From assembly GCA_964525635.1 (NCBI GenBank), contig CAZGJX010000004.1:1-64000 (forward strand): DNA of 64,000 bases, written 5' to 3'. A model generated the notes under the pieces. That model ran no database searches and was not told the DNA's origin. It saw only the letters and a list, made by a program, of their open reading frames with translations. Origin of the DNA: an uncultured archaeon. Its GTDB lineage: Archaea > Asgardarchaeota > Lokiarchaeia > Sigyniarchaeales > SOKP01. The number at the start of each line of letters is the position of its first letter. The first letter of the stretch is position 1. Shown piece after piece: positions 61,783 to 64,000 of this stretch. The position numbers and the translations under genes were made by a program.

Positions 61783-62406
61783 CTAACCTAAATCAGAGGT
61801 AGCATCTTTTAATTTTATCCATAATTTACTAACCCTACTTTTAACTTCTAATAAATGCTCGTTTTTTTTTAAGAGAATATCTCTTGCTCTATCGAATTCT
61901 CTTTGTAAATCATTTTGTTCTTGATCAAGTTCATCTACTTTCTCAGGTTCAATCATCTTGTTTTTTACTTTATCTATATCAATAGCTTTTTTAATAACAG
62001 CTTTCCTCTTTCCGGCAACATCATTAAGAGCATCAGCAAATTCTCTCCTTATATTAATTAAATACTCCTTTTCTATTGTTAGATCTTTTAAAGCTTCTAA
62101 ATATTTTTTATTAGTTTCCATGTGTGTGTTATTAAATTGAATTAAACTTTCTAACAGTTTTACATCTTCATCTTTGACATTAGATTTATGTTCCCTTGCA
62201 AGCATTTTAATTTGTTTATAAACATCTCTCATTGTTCTATTCATAGAATCTCGAGTAATATTCATATCTAAAATATTTTCTGCAAATTTTTGCTGTGTTT
62301 TAACTATTTTACCTTGTTGTTTGGAAAGATCATTGAGTGTTTTTACAAACTCTTTTTCAAGGCGACTTAAATCAAGTTCATCCTCTGTTGTTATAATAGG
62401 ACACAT
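61783..62406 (-). CDS. all-helical protein, possibly BAR-like
   Basis: About 200 aa of long amphipathic helices with very few Pro/Gly. Confidence 0.6.
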   Translation of the reverse strand: MCPIITTEDELDLSRLEKEFVKTLNDLSKQQGKIVKTQQKFAENILDMNITRDSMNRTMRDVYKQIKMLAREHKSNVKDEDVKLLESLIQFNNTHMETNKKYLEALKDLTIEKEYLINIRREFADALNDVAGKRKAVIKKAIDIDKVKNKMIEPEKVDELDQEQNDLQREFDRARDILLKKNEHLLEVKSRVSKLWIKLKDATSDLG

Positions 62407-62515
62407 AATTGATCACAATTATTTATTATACAATATTTAATTTGAATGAATACAATAACGTATTATAAAAAACATAGCCTATTATATTTTATTCTTAATT
62501 TCAAGATTTATAAGA

Positions 62516-63547
62516 TTAAAAAGGAAAGTATGTAGTAATGATACTATCTCTAAAACTTGAGTTTAAGACTTTTACTTTGAGGTCTTTACCAATTAATTTT
62601 TCAGAGAATTCTATAGGAATATTAAATAAAACTTTTGCAGAGAAATTATCATCTATTTTTCCAATAAACTCATTTTTCCATCGTCCTTTTGAAACTATTT
62701 TAATTGGGATTATTTCTCCTTCTTGAATATTAATATTTGATATTGGTCTTTCATGTATACCAAAATCATGTGGTCCAAGCTTTAATTTGATATTATATTT
62801 TTTTTCTAATTGATTGAGTTGTTGATAAAAATAACCCCAGCTTTTAGGTCGTATTTTTTTTAGTTTTCTTCCCGTTTTATATACTAAGTATTTTTGGATT
62901 CCAATTTGAATTTTCTTATAAGAATACTCTTTTTCTCTAAGATTTATAACAAATTTGATAATATTTTCAATATCCTCATCATTTTTTCCAGGAAACCAAA
63001 CTGGTGCTATTAATATATCTATATTAGATTGTAATAAAAGGTTTATATTATTTTTTAAAGAATCTATATCATAATTATTACAAGCTGTTAAATATTCTGC
63101 GAGTTTCTTATCAAATGTGTTTAAACTGATATTAATTCTAGTTAGATTCGAATTTTCAAGATTTTTGATAATTTTTTGACTAAGTAATAATCCATTTGTC
63201 TGCATAGATATAGTTTTAATCCCATCAATACTCCACAATAATTCCAATAAATGAAATAAATCTTTATATAGAAAGATTTCTCCATATGGTGCTATATGAA
63301 CTTCAATATCGTGGTGCCCCTTATATTTTATGAGATTTTGAACTTTTTCTGCTAAAAAATAAGGATCAACAATAAAATTAGTAGCATAATCTCCTGATTT
63401 TACAAAACAATATTTACATTTTAAATTACAAAGAGTCAATGGTTTGATTTCAACAATATTTGTCCCCCTATCAATAATACCTATAAAATCCAATCCAAAA
63501 ATAGGAATTTTTGAATCTTTATTTAAATAAACTATTTCACTACTCAT
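62516..63547 (-). CDS. radical SAM protein with C-terminal TRAM-like domain
   Basis: IIDRGTNIVEIKP..CNLKCKYC; SMQTNG; beta-rich C-terminus. Confidence 0.85.
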   Translation of the reverse strand: MSSEIVYLNKDSKIPIFGLDFIGIIDRGTNIVEIKPLTLCNLKCKYCFVKSGDYATNFIVDPYFLAEKVQNLIKYKGHHDIEVHIAPYGEIFLYKDLFHLLELLWSIDGIKTISMQTNGLLLSQKIIKNLENSNLTRINISLNTFDKKLAEYLTACNNYDIDSLKNNINLLLQSNIDILIAPVWFPGKNDEDIENIIKFVINLREKEYSYKKIQIGIQKYLVYKTGRKLKKIRPKSWGYFYQQLNQLEKKYNIKLKLGPHDFGIHERPISNINIQEGEIIPIKIVSKGRWKNEFIGKIDDNFSAKVLFNIPIEFSEKLIGKDLKVKVLNSSFRDSIITTYFPF

Positions 63548-63565
63548 AATTCAATTTAATTCTAT

Positions 63566-64000
63566 TCATATTTTATATCTTAAAACAGCTACTATTGATC
63601 CTAAATTATCTAGCTGTTCACCAGCAGGATGATTAGTATTTAAAATATTTATTTTACCACCGATTTTTTCTACATCATTAATTATACCTTCAATATGTAG
63701 TTTTTTTGATTTATCAGATCCACGAATAAGCGTATCGGTTATAAATAATTGTTCAGTCGCACCCATTTGTGTAGCATTTTCAATTTCTTCGAATCCTATT
63801 GCAATTAGGTCAGGATTTTTTCCAAGTAAAGTTATAATTTTTTCAACTTTCTCAGTATCTTCTAAAGCAATTACTTTATTTTTCAATTTAACCAATTCTT
63901 TAGATTTTAATGTCTCATATATCGCACTTTCAGTTCCTGAACTAGCAAAAATGCTCCTTATTTTATTGAGATAATTATCATTAGTTTTTTCTTTTAAATA
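63566..64000 (-). CDS. pelA: Pelota/Dom34 ribosome rescue factor (C-terminal part; gene starts beyond the window)
   Basis: Frame open to the window edge; ATQMGATEQLFITD..VEKIGGKINI...HPAGEQLDNLGSIVAVLRY. Confidence 0.9.
   Translation of the reverse strand, partial: YLKEKTNDNYLNKIRSIFASSGTESAIYETLKSKELVKLKNKVIALEDTEKVEKIITLLGKNPDLIAIGFEEIENATQMGATEQLFITDTLIRGSDKSKKLHIEGIINDVEKIGGKINILNTNHPAGEQLDNLGSIVAVLRYKI

Overview
Very AT-rich archaeal chromosome segment. The gene content (TFB, uL2, GatDE, Elp3, Nop5/fibrillarin, archaeal MAT, SmAP3-type Lsm, Elf1, Pelota, plus Rab-like GTPase, LRR, TPR, TIR and AN1-finger proteins) points to an Asgard archaeon, most likely Lokiarchaeia (inference). The strongest signal is two protein-coding genes that the ORF track truncates: RNase HII (rnhB) and Elf1. 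Each is interrupted inside its key motif by a 30-nt hairpin insert with an in-frame TGA. The rnhB insert folds as a near-canonical bulge-helix-bulge (BHB) splice motif and the elf1 insert as a relaxed one. Removing them restores GIDEAGRGP and CPQCG. A tRNA-Lys(CUU) in the window carries a canonical 31-nt BHB intron in its T-loop, so tRNA-type splicing of mRNAs is the proposed system. Other candidates: an operon with a catalytically degenerate SMC-like protein, a kite-like tandem winged-helix protein and an AAA+ ATPase; a BAR-like protein beside a coiled-coil/polyproline/WH2-like protein; several genes apparently starting at ATA; a LAGLIDADG gene bracketed by a duplicated tRNA 3' end; and three decayed IS607 or IS200/IS605 remnants. 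All family assignments come from motif recognition by eye; no searches or folding programs were run.
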